DNA of 60,479 nt, taken from the NCBI GenBank assembly GCA_937927525.1, contig CALBDR010000358.1, forward strand, positions 1 to 60,479, in the 5' to 3' direction. The notes beneath the pieces were generated by a model. It was given only the letters and a program-made list of their open reading frames with translations, ran no database searches and was not told the DNA's origin. Shown here in pieces: positions 18,143 to 27,620 of the stretch. This stretch comes from an uncultured Candidatus Melainabacteria bacterium. Lineage in GTDB: Bacteria > Cyanobacteriota > Vampirovibrionia > LMEP-6097. The translations under genes and the position numbers were made by a program. Position 1 is the first letter of the stretch. Each line of letters opens with the position of its first letter.

Positions 18143-20107
18143 ATGTATCTTCTTTTTGCTGCAATTGGCTCTATAATCGGTTCTATTATTTTTGTCTTAG
18201 ACGACTACAGAGTTTTAGTAACAGCACTTGTCTGTGCCACTATTTCAGCGGTATCTCTAGTTAGATTCAATAAACAAAAAGAAAAAATTCATACATTATT
18301 AGCCTTCGTGCTTATAATGTTCTTTAATTATAACTTTCGCGCTGAGCATCTCGAATACTTAGATCTAGCTAAATACTTAAATACTCACCAAGCTATAGAA
18401 TATAAAATCGTTAGTCCAGTAAAAGAAGGCATCGGGTTTCAAAGTGAATTTATAGTTGAAATAAAACATACTAAAAAATCGATTACTAACTCTTTAAAAG
18501 AAATTTTTACACCTTACAGATTCCTAGCGAATACTAGTTCAAGTAAAGCACTAAGCCAAGGAGATATAATCCAAATCAACTCTAAACTTGAATTTGAAAA
18601 ACTAAGCTACTATCAAGGGAAAAAATATAAAAAAGACAAAGTCTTTTATAAATTATTAAGTAAAGACATTGAATTTCATGAAAATTCCTTTAGCCCGTTC
18701 TCTGACTTAAGAAAAAAAATTAGACGCTATTATATAGCAACCTTAGGAAAAGAAAAAGCAGATATCTGCTCCAGTTTATTATTTGGTTCTAGAATAATAG
18801 AACTCCCTAAAAGCCTTTCAAATGCTATCAGAAGCTTAGGCTTAGGACATTTCTTCGCTGCATCAGGTTTTCATTTAGTCGTACTGGTAGGTTTTATAAC
18901 TTTTATTCTGAATAGGTTTAAATTAAGTCCACTATTAAGCTCCAGTATTAATTCAGTAATCGCTATTATTTATTCTGGATTGGCTGGTTTCAGCCCTTCT
19001 ATAATCAGAGCATTAATCTGTGTTCTAGCCTACTTTTCAGTAAATGCTTTTAATCGAAAACTCAACTCAATAAACTTAATCACCTTACTAGCTGGAATAG
19101 TTATATTTATAGATCCATATACGATATTCGATCTTGGTTTTCAGTTCAGTTACCTCGCGACACTTGCTTTACTTATCTGGGCTCAATTAATCTCTAAAAG
19201 ATTTTCAGATTTTAAAAGTAAAATCATAACTGGCTTAACTGAAAATAAAATAGTAAATAATGTAGCAAGCTTTATCACAGAGACACTTGCTGTAAGCCTT
19301 TCTGTACAAATATTTCTAGCACCAATTAGTATCTATTACTTCAAATCCTTCCCAATATGGGGCATAATTGCTAACCTTATTTTCACTCCAATACTTTCAC
19401 TAGTTATAGTTTCTTCCTTCCTAGGTTTAAGTTTCATCATTTCGCCTTTACTAGACTTCGTTCTATATATATTCAAATTATCAAAAAACTTACCTTTCAT
19501 TCATACACAAATAGAATTACACTTAGGTGCTTTAAGCTTGCTCTTTATTCTACTTAGTTTAATTGCTTTAGATTTTACTTATCCTCACATAAAAGAAAAA
19601 CTTCCTAAGCAGCTAAATTACTTAAAAGCATTTGAAAACTCATATTTCAGAAAAGCACTTAGCTTAAGCTGCCTATGCCTTTTCCTATCAAAGACTTTGC
19701 CAGTCTACAATACATACTCTTATGAAATAAGGTATGGGAAATTTGATAAGTTAATTTACCATGAGTTACAGAATCTAAAAAAGACTGAAGAGAATTTTAA
19801 ATACTTTAAACTTAAAGATCTAAATGCCTTAGTCATAAAAGATTTAAGTTCGCTAAAAAAACTAAATGGACTTTTAGAAAATCTGAAAGAAGTTCATGTT
19901 TTAATACTTCCGAAATTAAGAGCAAATGATATCTACTTAGATACTTTAGTGCGTGAGCTTAAGCCACAGTTCATATTTACTAGCACTAAAAGTAAATCTA
20001 AGAAAGTAAAATGGAATCTAAAAGCTCTAGCTTTAAATTCAAATCTAATTATCAATGAAGGGAAACTTGTTATTTCTGATAGAAAGTATTGGAAGATTTA
20101 TGAATAA
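18143..20107 (+). CDS. comEC: ComEC/Rec2-family DNA internalisation channel protein
   Basis: Multi-pass membrane protein with the competence-domain signature LGLGHFFAASGFHLVVL. Confidence 0.85.
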   Translation: MYLLFAAIGSIIGSIIFVLDDYRVLVTALVCATISAVSLVRFNKQKEKIHTLLAFVLIMFFNYNFRAEHLEYLDLAKYLNTHQAIEYKIVSPVKEGIGFQSEFIVEIKHTKKSITNSLKEIFTPYRFLANTSSSKALSQGDIIQINSKLEFEKLSYYQGKKYKKDKVFYKLLSKDIEFHENSFSPFSDLRKKIRRYYIATLGKEKADICSSLLFGSRIIELPKSLSNAIRSLGLGHFFAASGFHLVVLVGFITFILNRFKLSPLLSSSINSVIAIIYSGLAGFSPSIIRALICVLAYFSVNAFNRKLNSINLITLLAGIVIFIDPYTIFDLGFQFSYLATLALLIWAQLISKRFSDFKSKIITGLTENKIVNNVASFITETLAVSLSVQIFLAPISIYYFKSFPIWGIIANLIFTPILSLVIVSSFLGLSFIISPLLDFVLYIFKLSKNLPFIHTQIELHLGALSLLFILLSLIALDFTYPHIKEKLPKQLNYLKAFENSYFRKALSLSCLCLFLSKTLPVYNTYSYEIRYGKFDKLIYHELQNLKKTEENFKYFKLKDLNALVIKDLSSLKKLNGLLENLKEVHVLILPKLRANDIYLDTLVRELKPQFIFTSTKSKSKKVKWNLKALALNSNLIINEGKLVISDRKYWKIYE

Positions 20108-20175
20108 CTTGACTTAAAAGAGATTTACTAAGATACTAGAAAAGTAAGTAAGGACTGTAAAGAATCAATTACTCT

Positions 20176-20994
20176 ATGAATTCAGAGAATTTAGAAAGCA
20201 TTGCAATAGATTTTGGAGCAAGTAATACTAGACTCGCTCACTTTAAGCAGAATAGAATTTCTAAATTAATAGAGTTTGCTACTCCCGAAAGACCTGAAGA
20301 GTTTATCGCTGAATTTAAACAAAAAGTACTAGCAATTGAGTTAAGTAATGTTGTTGCTGTTGGTGTAGGAGCATGTGGATACTGGGATAGAAACTGTATT
20401 TTAAGGCAAAGCCTTAACCTTAGCAACTATGTAAATTACCCATTATGGACTGAAGTATCCGAAATCCTGCAACTGCCGACTCTACTAAAGAGTGATGTTG
20501 AACTTGCCGCGATGGGTGAAGCAATACATGGTGAAGCTGAGCAAAATGAATCTTTATTATATATAAACATGGGTACAGGATTTAGTGGTGCGTTATATAA
20601 AGATGGAGAAATATTTACTACTAGTTATTCACCGACATTAAGACTAGACTTTTTAGTTCAGCCAGAAAGCATTTCTTCGGAAAATACTAGTGATGAAGAA
20701 CTAGAAATAGACCCTGAGGAGAAGAGAGAAAAGTCTATTACTTTACTTTCCACAACTCTTATAAACCTATCTTTTATTTTATCGCCACAAATTATATCAA
20801 TTGGTGGAGGTAAAGTAACCGATGAACGTTGGACTAACATAATTAAGCCAGCTATAGATAAGGCCATGGTATATCTTAAAGAAAATTTGACTTACGAGAT
20901 CCAAATCAAAAAATCTCAAGTCAAATACCCTACTATATACGGAGCTCACGAGTTGGTGAAACGTAATTTAAAAAAATTAGCCCTTCACTCATGA
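20176..20994 (+). CDS. ROK/glucokinase-like sugar kinase family protein
   Basis: IDFGASNTR, SDVELAAMGEAIHG, NMGTGFSGAL and ISIGGG. No CxCGxxGC zinc motif; an acidic insert sits in its place. Confidence 0.6.
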   Translation: MNSENLESIAIDFGASNTRLAHFKQNRISKLIEFATPERPEEFIAEFKQKVLAIELSNVVAVGVGACGYWDRNCILRQSLNLSNYVNYPLWTEVSEILQLPTLLKSDVELAAMGEAIHGEAEQNESLLYINMGTGFSGALYKDGEIFTTSYSPTLRLDFLVQPESISSENTSDEELEIDPEEKREKSITLLSTTLINLSFILSPQIISIGGGKVTDERWTNIIKPAIDKAMVYLKENLTYEIQIKKSQVKYPTIYGAHELVKRNLKKLALHS

Positions 20995-21680
20995 ATAAAT
21001 CCCTAAAACCTAATAGATTTCTCAAAACAATTTTTTTAGTGATTGTCACTGTTTTCACAGGGTTAAATACTAATTCTTTAGAAGCTGTAAGTTTACTTGA
21101 AGGTGGTGGCTTACAAACTACTACTATTACAGCTAATCCCAGAGGCTTCTACGAAACTTTCCAAGCAAGAACCATAGGTGATGTAGTCACAGTTAGGGTA
21201 GTTGAAAATATTGATGTTTTAAAAAGATCAGAGATTCGCCTCAAGAGAGACACTAATTTAGATGCAGACTTTTCATTTTCTCAAAACATGACTTCGACAA
21301 GCACCCTAACTCCAGCAGATAATGACATCGCATCTATGATTACACAGTTTACTTTCCCTGGTCAATATCGTAGAAACAACGATAGATCGATTAATATCGA
21401 TAACGATGAAACCTTTAGCACTCTAGTTTCGGCACTCATCGTCGAAGTAGATCCTCAGAACAATAATATGGTTATCGAAGGTAGCAGGCAGATAGTTATA
21501 GAAGGTCAAACCAAAAGTTTATATGTTAGAGGGATAGTAAATCCTAAAGATCTTGATTCTAATAATGAAGTCCCTTCTTATAAACTAGCTAACGCTCAAG
21601 TCCAGATCATCGGAACAGGAGCACTCGACAAGGAAAGAGATGGTGGATTCTTACATAAAATCTTTAATTTCTTGATTTAA
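20991..21680 (+). CDS. flgH: Flagellar L-ring protein
   Basis: IGDVVTVRVVENID and VIEGSRQIVIEGQTKSLYVRGIVNPKDLDSNNEVPSYKLANAQVQIIGTG. ATGA overlap with the upstream gene. Confidence 0.85.
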   Translation: MNKSLKPNRFLKTIFLVIVTVFTGLNTNSLEAVSLLEGGGLQTTTITANPRGFYETFQARTIGDVVTVRVVENIDVLKRSEIRLKRDTNLDADFSFSQNMTSTSTLTPADNDIASMITQFTFPGQYRRNNDRSINIDNDETFSTLVSALIVEVDPQNNNMVIEGSRQIVIEGQTKSLYVRGIVNPKDLDSNNEVPSYKLANAQVQIIGTGALDKERDGGFLHKIFNFLI

Positions 21681-21884
21681 AAATAGATATTTTAGAAATT
21701 TTTAAAAAAATATTTTATCTCTTAACCACTTCTTAACAAACAAATGCTTTAATGAGAGCGAGAGAAAAGGTTCAAAACAGATTAGAGCCAATTAACTTTA
21801 AAGAATTTTCAAAAAAATAAACTTTTCTAAAGCCTTCTAAGAGAAAGGCTAAGAATATTAACGAATACATTTGAGGAGAAAAAA

Positions 21885-23309
21885 ATGTCAATCAACAGCA
21901 CAAATACTGATCCAAACTTAGTTAACCAAAATAGACCAATGAATCAAACAGTTAGCCAAGAGCTAGAAACTGATGAAATAGCAGCAACAACTGAAGTAAT
22001 CGATGATGCAGAGATTGTATCTGAGACGACAACACTACCAGAAGCGGACCCAACGGTAGTAGATGAGGTACAAACATTAGAACTAGAAGCAACAAATGAA
22101 CTTGGAGCTGAAACTGACGATGTAGCAGCAGCAACAGGCTTGCTAGATGGTGACACTATAACTGATCTTGACCCCACTGATGATGTTCTTGAAGGAGCAG
22201 ATGATGTTGCTGGAACAGCATACTCAGCAGCAGAAGGATATGACCCAGATAATGATGGGGCGGTAGTCTTCGGACTAACGAACGCAATCAAAGGCGGAGC
22301 CGATATCCAAGATACTTTTAAAACAGAATTGATGAGCATGGCTGAAGAAAAATTCGGAGCTTCAGAAATGATTAACGAGATTCTAGATAATGATGGAAAT
22401 AAAATCCAAGTCTACAGAGGGGAAGGCGGGGAGGAATTTAGAATCGTAGAATACGCTCATAACGATGAATATGACTTAAATAAAGCAGCTTTAATTTTTG
22501 ATGATGACTCAGCAATTGAACTTCAAATGTTAGACAGTGGAATAGGTGGAGTAGGCATTCACAGAATATCTGGAGAGAATGAAGATGGCTCTAGAGATTA
22601 CACTTATGTAAACTCACAAGTAATTCAGGAAGGAAGCGTTAAAACAGAGAAAGATGAAAACGGTAACGATATCTTCGTCCAGAATTACGACCAAATAAAT
22701 AGAGCAGACGGCTCAATGATAGAAGATGCCACCACCACCTTCCATGCAAACGGTATGATTTCAACAGAATATAACGACGATGAAGGTATTGGACATTTAA
22801 TCGTAGGTAATGCAAACCATACAGCATCACAACACTATACTAGCGAAGACAATTACACCAACCCAGTAGACACTAGCTACGCAATATTAGGCGAAGATGG
22901 ATTTGTCGCTGACTGGGATGATGGAACCAACGTTGATACAAGTGATGCTCTTTATAAAGGCTTTGATGAAGAATTAGATCCATTCTTAGAAGAATTATTC
23001 GCAGAACTAAGAGATCCTAACTTTATTGCAGAGGACGCAGAAGGCGATGAAGTCAATACTACGGCGAATGGAGCTGATTCACTTACTGCAGATCTAGATG
23101 GTGATGGTGAAATCACTGATTTAGAAAGAGAGGAAGCTATAAGACTTGGAATACTTCCAGACCCTGAACTTACGACTGAAACTACAGTCGATACAGTAGA
23201 TAATGGTACTGGAGTTGAAGCGATAACAACAGATTTTGAAGTAGCTGAAGAAGCAACAAGTGGTACAGATGAACTGGTAAACAGAGATGCTGTAGCTGCT
23301 AATGAATAA
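21885..23309 (+). CDS. Highly acidic Asp/Glu/Thr-rich protein with an EF-hand-like Ca-binding loop
   Basis: 474-aa ORF preceded by GAGGAG. The loop DLDGDGEITDLE lies at 23091-23126. No signal peptide is evident. Confidence 0.65.
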   Translation: MSINSTNTDPNLVNQNRPMNQTVSQELETDEIAATTEVIDDAEIVSETTTLPEADPTVVDEVQTLELEATNELGAETDDVAAATGLLDGDTITDLDPTDDVLEGADDVAGTAYSAAEGYDPDNDGAVVFGLTNAIKGGADIQDTFKTELMSMAEEKFGASEMINEILDNDGNKIQVYRGEGGEEFRIVEYAHNDEYDLNKAALIFDDDSAIELQMLDSGIGGVGIHRISGENEDGSRDYTYVNSQVIQEGSVKTEKDENGNDIFVQNYDQINRADGSMIEDATTTFHANGMISTEYNDDEGIGHLIVGNANHTASQHYTSEDNYTNPVDTSYAILGEDGFVADWDDGTNVDTSDALYKGFDEELDPFLEELFAELRDPNFIAEDAEGDEVNTTANGADSLTADLDGDGEITDLEREEAIRLGILPDPELTTETTVDTVDNGTGVEAITTDFEVAEEATSGTDELVNRDAVAANE

Positions 23310-23353
23310 ACATTAGAATGGGAAAGAAAAAAAGAAGAGACATTAATGGCTAA

Positions 23354-24700
23354 CTAAGCTAAAACTATCTCATCTATTTCAAAGTCAGCACCGTCAATAT
23401 TTAAATAATCGCCGACTTTAGCACCTAAATTTTTGAGTTCTTCAAAAATTCCTATAGACTTAGCTATTCTATATAAATACTTTAGAGACTCAATTTCACG
23501 AATATTGGTTACACGCATCTGTCTTTCTAGACGCCCACAATGCACTATCCAAACACGACCATCTTTAGTATAAGTCTCATGAATTGAAAAGTGGCTATCA
23601 TCATGATCTCTTGCAAGTTCATCATCATGAACTAAAACTGGATCTACCACAAACTCTATATCATCTAAGGCTTTACTACAAGCACGTTTTAGTTCTTCTA
23701 AACCTTCGCCTGTAACAGCTGAAATATAATGCAAACCTATCACACGTGGATCAGAATTAGCTATAGCTTCAAATTTCTTTTTAATCTCAACTAATTCTTC
23801 ATCAGGATACCCTTCAATTTTATTAATAGCTATAATCTGTTTTTTTTCTGCTAGTAAATCACTAAAGTTAGCGAGTTCACTGTTAATTTTATTAAAGTTA
23901 TCAACAGGGTTTTGATACATGAATTCTTGGATTTTATCGATATTAGAACCAGTAAAACCCCAAACATCAACTAAGTGAATTAAAAGTTTAGTTCTTTCAA
24001 TATGTCTTAAAAAATTATGTCCAAGACCAACACCATCAGAGGCACCTTCAATAAGACCTGGAATATCAGCTACTAAAAAGCCATCTCCATTATCTTTTTT
24101 TACGACACCTAAATTAGGCTGAACGGTAGTAAAAGCATAATCAGCAATTTTAGGTTTAGCTGCACTAATCTGACTAATTAAAGTCGATTTCCCGGCATTA
24201 GGGAACCCTAATAATCCGACATCAGCTATCATTTTAAGTTCTAATTCAAGCTCACGTTCAATAGCTGACTCACCAGGTTCACAGTAGTATGGAGCATTAT
24301 TTTTATTCGATTTAAAACGAGAGTTACCGCGCCCACCGCGCCCACCTTCAGCAACTAAAACTTCCTGCCCATCTTTAACTAAATCGGCGATTACTTTACC
24401 ATCGCAAGAGTCTCTGACCACAGTTCCTAAAGGTACATGAATTCTAAGATCTTCACCCGATTTTCCAGTCCTAAGAGCTCTTTCACCTTTAGCTCCATCC
24501 TCGGCTTTGAATAAAGATCTATTTTTGAAATCTAAGAGTGTATTTAATGACTTATCAGCAACTAAGATGACACTACCACCGACACCACCATCACCACCGT
24601 CTGGACCGCCATAAGCTATAAATTTCTCACGGCGCCAAGTAGCAACCCCATTTCCGCCCTTACCACTTTCTATCTTAATGCTAACCGTATCGACAAACAC
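23354..24700 (-). CDS. obg: GTPase Obg/CgtA
   Basis: N-terminal MFVDTVSIKIESGKGGNG glycine-rich Obg fold, G1 GFPNAGKST and G3 DIPGLIEGA, with a C-terminal extension. GTG start. Confidence 0.95.
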   Translation of the reverse strand: MFVDTVSIKIESGKGGNGVATWRREKFIAYGGPDGGDGGVGGSVILVADKSLNTLLDFKNRSLFKAEDGAKGERALRTGKSGEDLRIHVPLGTVVRDSCDGKVIADLVKDGQEVLVAEGGRGGRGNSRFKSNKNNAPYYCEPGESAIERELELELKMIADVGLLGFPNAGKSTLISQISAAKPKIADYAFTTVQPNLGVVKKDNGDGFLVADIPGLIEGASDGVGLGHNFLRHIERTKLLIHLVDVWGFTGSNIDKIQEFMYQNPVDNFNKINSELANFSDLLAEKKQIIAINKIEGYPDEELVEIKKKFEAIANSDPRVIGLHYISAVTGEGLEELKRACSKALDDIEFVVDPVLVHDDELARDHDDSHFSIHETYTKDGRVWIVHCGRLERQMRVTNIREIESLKYLYRIAKSIGIFEELKNLGAKVGDYLNIDGADFEIDEIVLA

Positions 24701-24720
24701 AGGAATGCCTATTTTAGCAT

Positions 24721-25569
24721 TTATGTTACTTTTTCAAATTCTTTTTCAGTTTCAAGTAAATTTGATAGTTTCTTAATTCTTCCGAGTTCATCACTTAAAA
24801 GTGAGGCTGGAGTGTCTAACAAAGCTTCAATATTCTTAGAGTATTCCTGCCAAAGCTCTTTAAGATTAGCCCTATTAATAGCAAGTATCTCTTTAGACAT
24901 CTCTACATTACCTTTAGCAAGTCTAGTCATGCCCTTAAAGCCGGGACCAACTATATCAGCAGCCAAAGGTTCATTATCTATAAGATCTAATAATCCAAAG
25001 CTAAGAACTAATGGTAAATGACTGATAATAGCCACAAACTTATCGTGAGTCTCAGAGTCTAAAGTTACAATTCTTTTAGCTTTAAAAATATCTTTAATCA
25101 AAAACTCTAAAATTTTAGTTCTATCTGACTTCTCAGTTAATATCCAGTTAGAATTTTCAAATAGTTCAGAGAAACTTGCTTGATAGCCTTCATGCTCAGT
25201 ACCTGCCATTGGATGCCCTGGAATAAAATTAGTTAATCCGAGCTCCTGAGCCTTAGTTTCGATTTTCCTCTTAGTACTAGCCACATCTGTAATAAGAGTA
25301 GTAGCGAAAGGCTTTTTATCATCAGCATTATGCTGCGCGATAGTCTTAGCAATTTCATCTATGTCCTCTAGTATTTTTGATTGAGGTGAACAGAGAAATA
25401 CCAAGTCGCAATCCCCTAGATCACGAATACTATATTCCCTTTTTTGGCTTTTACTAACGGTTTTAATCTCAGAGATACCAAGCTCAGCTTGCTTTTCTAT
25501 AAGTCTCTTCTCGATAGAGCCACCTATCAGCCCTAATCCAACTATACCGATTTTCTTTCCTTGAAGCAC
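24721..25569 (-). CDS. tyrA: Prephenate/arogenate dehydrogenase
   Basis: Rossmann motif KIGIVGLGLIGGS, HPMAGTE and a SHLPLVLS block. Confidence 0.85.
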   Translation of the reverse strand: MLQGKKIGIVGLGLIGGSIEKRLIEKQAELGISEIKTVSKSQKREYSIRDLGDCDLVFLCSPQSKILEDIDEIAKTIAQHNADDKKPFATTLITDVASTKRKIETKAQELGLTNFIPGHPMAGTEHEGYQASFSELFENSNWILTEKSDRTKILEFLIKDIFKAKRIVTLDSETHDKFVAIISHLPLVLSFGLLDLIDNEPLAADIVGPGFKGMTRLAKGNVEMSKEILAINRANLKELWQEYSKNIEALLDTPASLLSDELGRIKKLSNLLETEKEFEKVT

Positions 25570-25589
25570 GGTTATTATTATGTCATAAA

Positions 25590-26069
25590 TTAACCTAAAG
25601 GACCCATATAAGAATGATCAAGGTCTGAAACTTGAGCAGCAGCGACTGCTTTAGTATAATTAAGATCATTAGGATCAAGACCTAATTGAGGTCTATTGTT
25701 ATCAAAATCTACTTTCATTTCAATTGCAGACTTAGCTACTTGAAAAAATGTCATCAAGCCAGCCACTGGAAACATAAGTCTAGGTAAGAAATTGTTTCCT
25801 AACATCGGCAATAAACTAGTAATACCACCACCCATTTGCAGTTGAGCTGCAATTTGAGCTTGTGACATTTGACCACCCATTTGCTGCCCTGGTGCTATAC
25901 CCTGCATTGCATTTTGTTGGATACCACCTGAAAGTTGGTTAAAAATACTATTAAAGGCTCCGCCTTGACCAAATCCAGCGCCCATACCATTCCTAGCATC
26001 TTCGAAGCCTCCGAAGACCATACTACCGGCAAGACCACCTTGGTTAAATTGAAAATTGTTCATGTTCAT
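25590..26069 (-). CDS. Gly/Gln/Met-rich hypothetical protein (possibly a flagellar accessory protein, judged by position only)
   Basis: 159-aa low-complexity N-terminal two thirds and a more ordinary C-terminus. Sits directly downstream of flgG on the same strand. Confidence 0.5.
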   Translation of the reverse strand: MNMNNFQFNQGGLAGSMVFGGFEDARNGMGAGFGQGGAFNSIFNQLSGGIQQNAMQGIAPGQQMGGQMSQAQIAAQLQMGGGITSLLPMLGNNFLPRLMFPVAGLMTFFQVAKSAIEMKVDFDNNRPQLGLDPNDLNYTKAVAAAQVSDLDHSYMGPLG

Positions 26070-26131
26070 AGTGTTTCCTCAATTATTACTTTTATATATT
26101 AAAAACTGGTTAAGAGATCAACTCCTCAAGA

Positions 26132-26908
26132 TTATAAGTTTCTAGAAATTGTGGAGTTTAAGTCTCCATGCATTTGATCTAAAGTTTTAAAAATTTTCAT
26201 TTCAGCTTTGATTTGTGAGTTTAACTGAAGCATTTTTGATAATGCCGTCACGACATCCGAATTTGAGGACTCTAAGTGACCTTGGATTAATCTAGTTTCA
26301 CCGTTCATACTACCGACTTGAACATCATTTAAATCTCCAGAGGCTCTAGTAGGAACATAAAGTCCCTCACCGATATCTCTCATTCCTTGTAGATTAGTAA
26401 AAGTAACTAAATTGATTTTCCCTAAAACTTCTCCACTAGGATCCTGTAATTCACCTTTATCATTCAAGCTAATACTTACTCCTGGTGGAATCTTAATAGG
26501 TGCTCTCGATAGGCTTAAATTAAAATTTTGTCCAGTAGGATCTGAACTCTCATTACTAGAAGCAGTAGTTGTTATTTGATATCCATAAGGAGTCTGTAAA
26601 GTACCATCGGATCCAACATTTAAAGCCCCATTCCTAGTATAGGCTACGGTTCCATCAGGCATTACTACTTCAAAAAAACCTTCACCATAAATAGCGAAAT
26701 CTAATTCTCTGTAAGTTTTTACTGGAGTACCACTCTTGAAATCTGTCATGGTAACTTGCTTAACACCATTTAAAGTCTCATGGAATGTGGTTTTTTTAGA
26801 TTTATAACCATGTGCCATAGACATGTTCATATTATGAACAGTCTCTCCAAGAAGCTCCATATTGAGCCCCACTGTATTATATGTATCGTTTTGTAATTGA
26901 TTAAACAT
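26132..26908 (-). CDS. flgG: Flagellar basal-body rod protein
   Basis: C-terminal LESSNSDVVTALSKMLQLNSQ rod-family motif and an N-terminal ...HGYKS motif. Its start overlaps the flgF stop (TAATG). Confidence 0.85.
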   Translation of the reverse strand: MFNQLQNDTYNTVGLNMELLGETVHNMNMSMAHGYKSKKTTFHETLNGVKQVTMTDFKSGTPVKTYRELDFAIYGEGFFEVVMPDGTVAYTRNGALNVGSDGTLQTPYGYQITTTASSNESSDPTGQNFNLSLSRAPIKIPPGVSISLNDKGELQDPSGEVLGKINLVTFTNLQGMRDIGEGLYVPTRASGDLNDVQVGSMNGETRLIQGHLESSNSDVVTALSKMLQLNSQIKAEMKIFKTLDQMHGDLNSTISRNL

Positions 26909-27588
26909 TAAACATTTCTTCCATACGTATCAACTAAAGATTTTTCAACCGATAAATTCATCGCCATCATGTTTTGAAGTGACTCATAGTGCCTCTTCAA
27001 TTCAACAACTTTCATAATGTTATCTTCCATATTAACGTTTGACATTTCTAAATGCCCTTGAAGTATTTGTGCATACTCACCTGGCATACGATTGTGATAA
27101 TCAATAGCTACTCTACCTAAAAGTTTACCCTTAACCCTAATTTCACCGAAGCGATTAATCTTTAAATCTTCACTGTGCTTAATTAAGTCTCTAGTTTCTA
27201 AATCTGTAGGTCTATCTAAAACTACTAACTGCTGACCTTTATAATTAACTATTTCACCGTTCTCATCCAAATGAAAACGACCGTCACGAGTTCTTTCAGG
27301 ACCATTAGGACCTTCCACTAAGAAAAATGCATTCTCCCCATCTAAAGCCATATTAAGCGGACTATTAGGAGTTCTAATATTTACGCCCTGAGATTCATTT
27401 CTGAAATTAGCTGAACCCTCAGGGTCTAGTAAAATCGAATTAGTAAACACACTTTTGAAACCAACTGTATTAGCGTGTTTGATATTATTTTTAATTAATA
27501 AACCAAGTCTTTGCTCGGTTTCTCTCATCCCACTAAATACAATTTCGTTAGTAGGGGTATAAGAATATTGGTTAGCATTATTTGGCAT
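26908..27588 (-). CDS. flgF: Flagellar basal-body rod protein
   Basis: N-terminal NNIKHANTVGFKS and C-terminal LEMSNVNMEDNIMKVVELKRHYES. Confidence 0.8.
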   Translation of the reverse strand: MPNNANQYSYTPTNEIVFSGMRETEQRLGLLIKNNIKHANTVGFKSVFTNSILLDPEGSANFRNESQGVNIRTPNSPLNMALDGENAFFLVEGPNGPERTRDGRFHLDENGEIVNYKGQQLVVLDRPTDLETRDLIKHSEDLKINRFGEIRVKGKLLGRVAIDYHNRMPGEYAQILQGHLEMSNVNMEDNIMKVVELKRHYESLQNMMAMNLSVEKSLVDTYGRNV

Positions 27589-27620
27589 ACATATACAAAG
27601 TAGTGAAAAATAATTAAGTA

